Assembly: GCA_016926255.1 (NCBI GenBank)
Contig: JAFGOY010000010.1
Span: forward strand, 119,007 to 183,006
Source of the DNA: Anaerolineae bacterium
GTDB taxonomy: Bacteria; Chloroflexota; Anaerolineae; Aggregatilineales; UBA3940
Length of the DNA: 64,000 bases
Direction: 5' to 3'
Below are positions 63,756 through 64,000 of the stretch, piece by piece; position 1 is the stretch's first letter, and every line of letters starts with the position of its first letter. The notes under the pieces are model-generated. The model was given only the letters and a program-made list of their open reading frames with translations. It was not told the origin of the DNA and searched no databases. The translations under genes were made by a program, and so were the position numbers.

Positions 63756-64000
63756 GTGCTCGTACAACAATACCTACCCATTGCGATTCTGGTACTGTTC
63801 GCCATAATCATGGCCCTGATTGTGGTCTTTACTTCGGTAATATTTGGCCCGCACCGCCCCACGAAGAAAAAATTGGCTCCCTATGAGTCAGGTATGACCC
63901 CGATTGGCCCCGCCGTCCGGCGTCTGCCGGTGCGCTTCTACCTGGTCGCGGTGCTGTTCATCCTGTTCGACGTCGAGATTATTTTCCTGCTGCCCTACGC
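63756..64000 (+). CDS. nuoA: NADH-quinone oxidoreductase subunit A (truncated by window end; not in the ORF track)
   Basis: GTG after AGGAG. Translates to MLVQQYLPIAILVLF...KLAPYESGMTPIG...FYLVAVLFILFDVEIIFLLPY, containing the NuoA PYECG-like and FDVE motifs. Confidence 0.93.
   Translation, partial: MLVQQYLPIAILVLFAIIMALIVVFTSVIFGPHRPTKKKLAPYESGMTPIGPAVRRLPVRFYLVAVLFILFDVEIIFLLPY

Overview
GC-rich bacterial chromosomal window, most likely Chloroflexota (Anaerolineae-like). This is inferred from the gene repertoire (several GT-C/PMT-like glycosyltransferases, LCP, PBP1A with acidic Ig-like tail, LysM-lamin-tail protein, 7TM one-component regulator) and is not proven. It is mostly core genome: tyrS, PBP1A, ftsH, a TPP-riboswitch thiamine salvage operon, lgt, carAB, hisGDCBHAFIE-purH, gatB, CarD-like, HtrA, DnaJ/CbpA-like, and the start of nuoA. 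I found no tRNA, rRNA, CRISPR array, transposase, integrase or reverse transcriptase. The most interesting signals are non-coding or tiny and are missed by the ORF track. (1) A complete ribosome-stalling attenuator upstream of tyrS: promoter, 24-aa leader with Tyr-Tyr-Tyr, antiterminator and terminator, where a T-box might be expected. (2) A parallel His-rich 24-aa leader attenuator on the his operon with the same geometry; that operon also carries purH. (3) Several families of palindromic repeats, including a ~140-bp multi-hairpin element present twice with compensatory changes, and a repeat mosaic that is an open reading frame at the 5' end of a glycosyltransferase. (4) A structured leader upstream of a CarD-like gene lacking the conserved Trp, an eRF1-like protein with no catalytic Gln, and an AT-rich Ser/Thr kinase insert. 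All family assignments come from motif recognition by eye; no database searches or folding programs were run.
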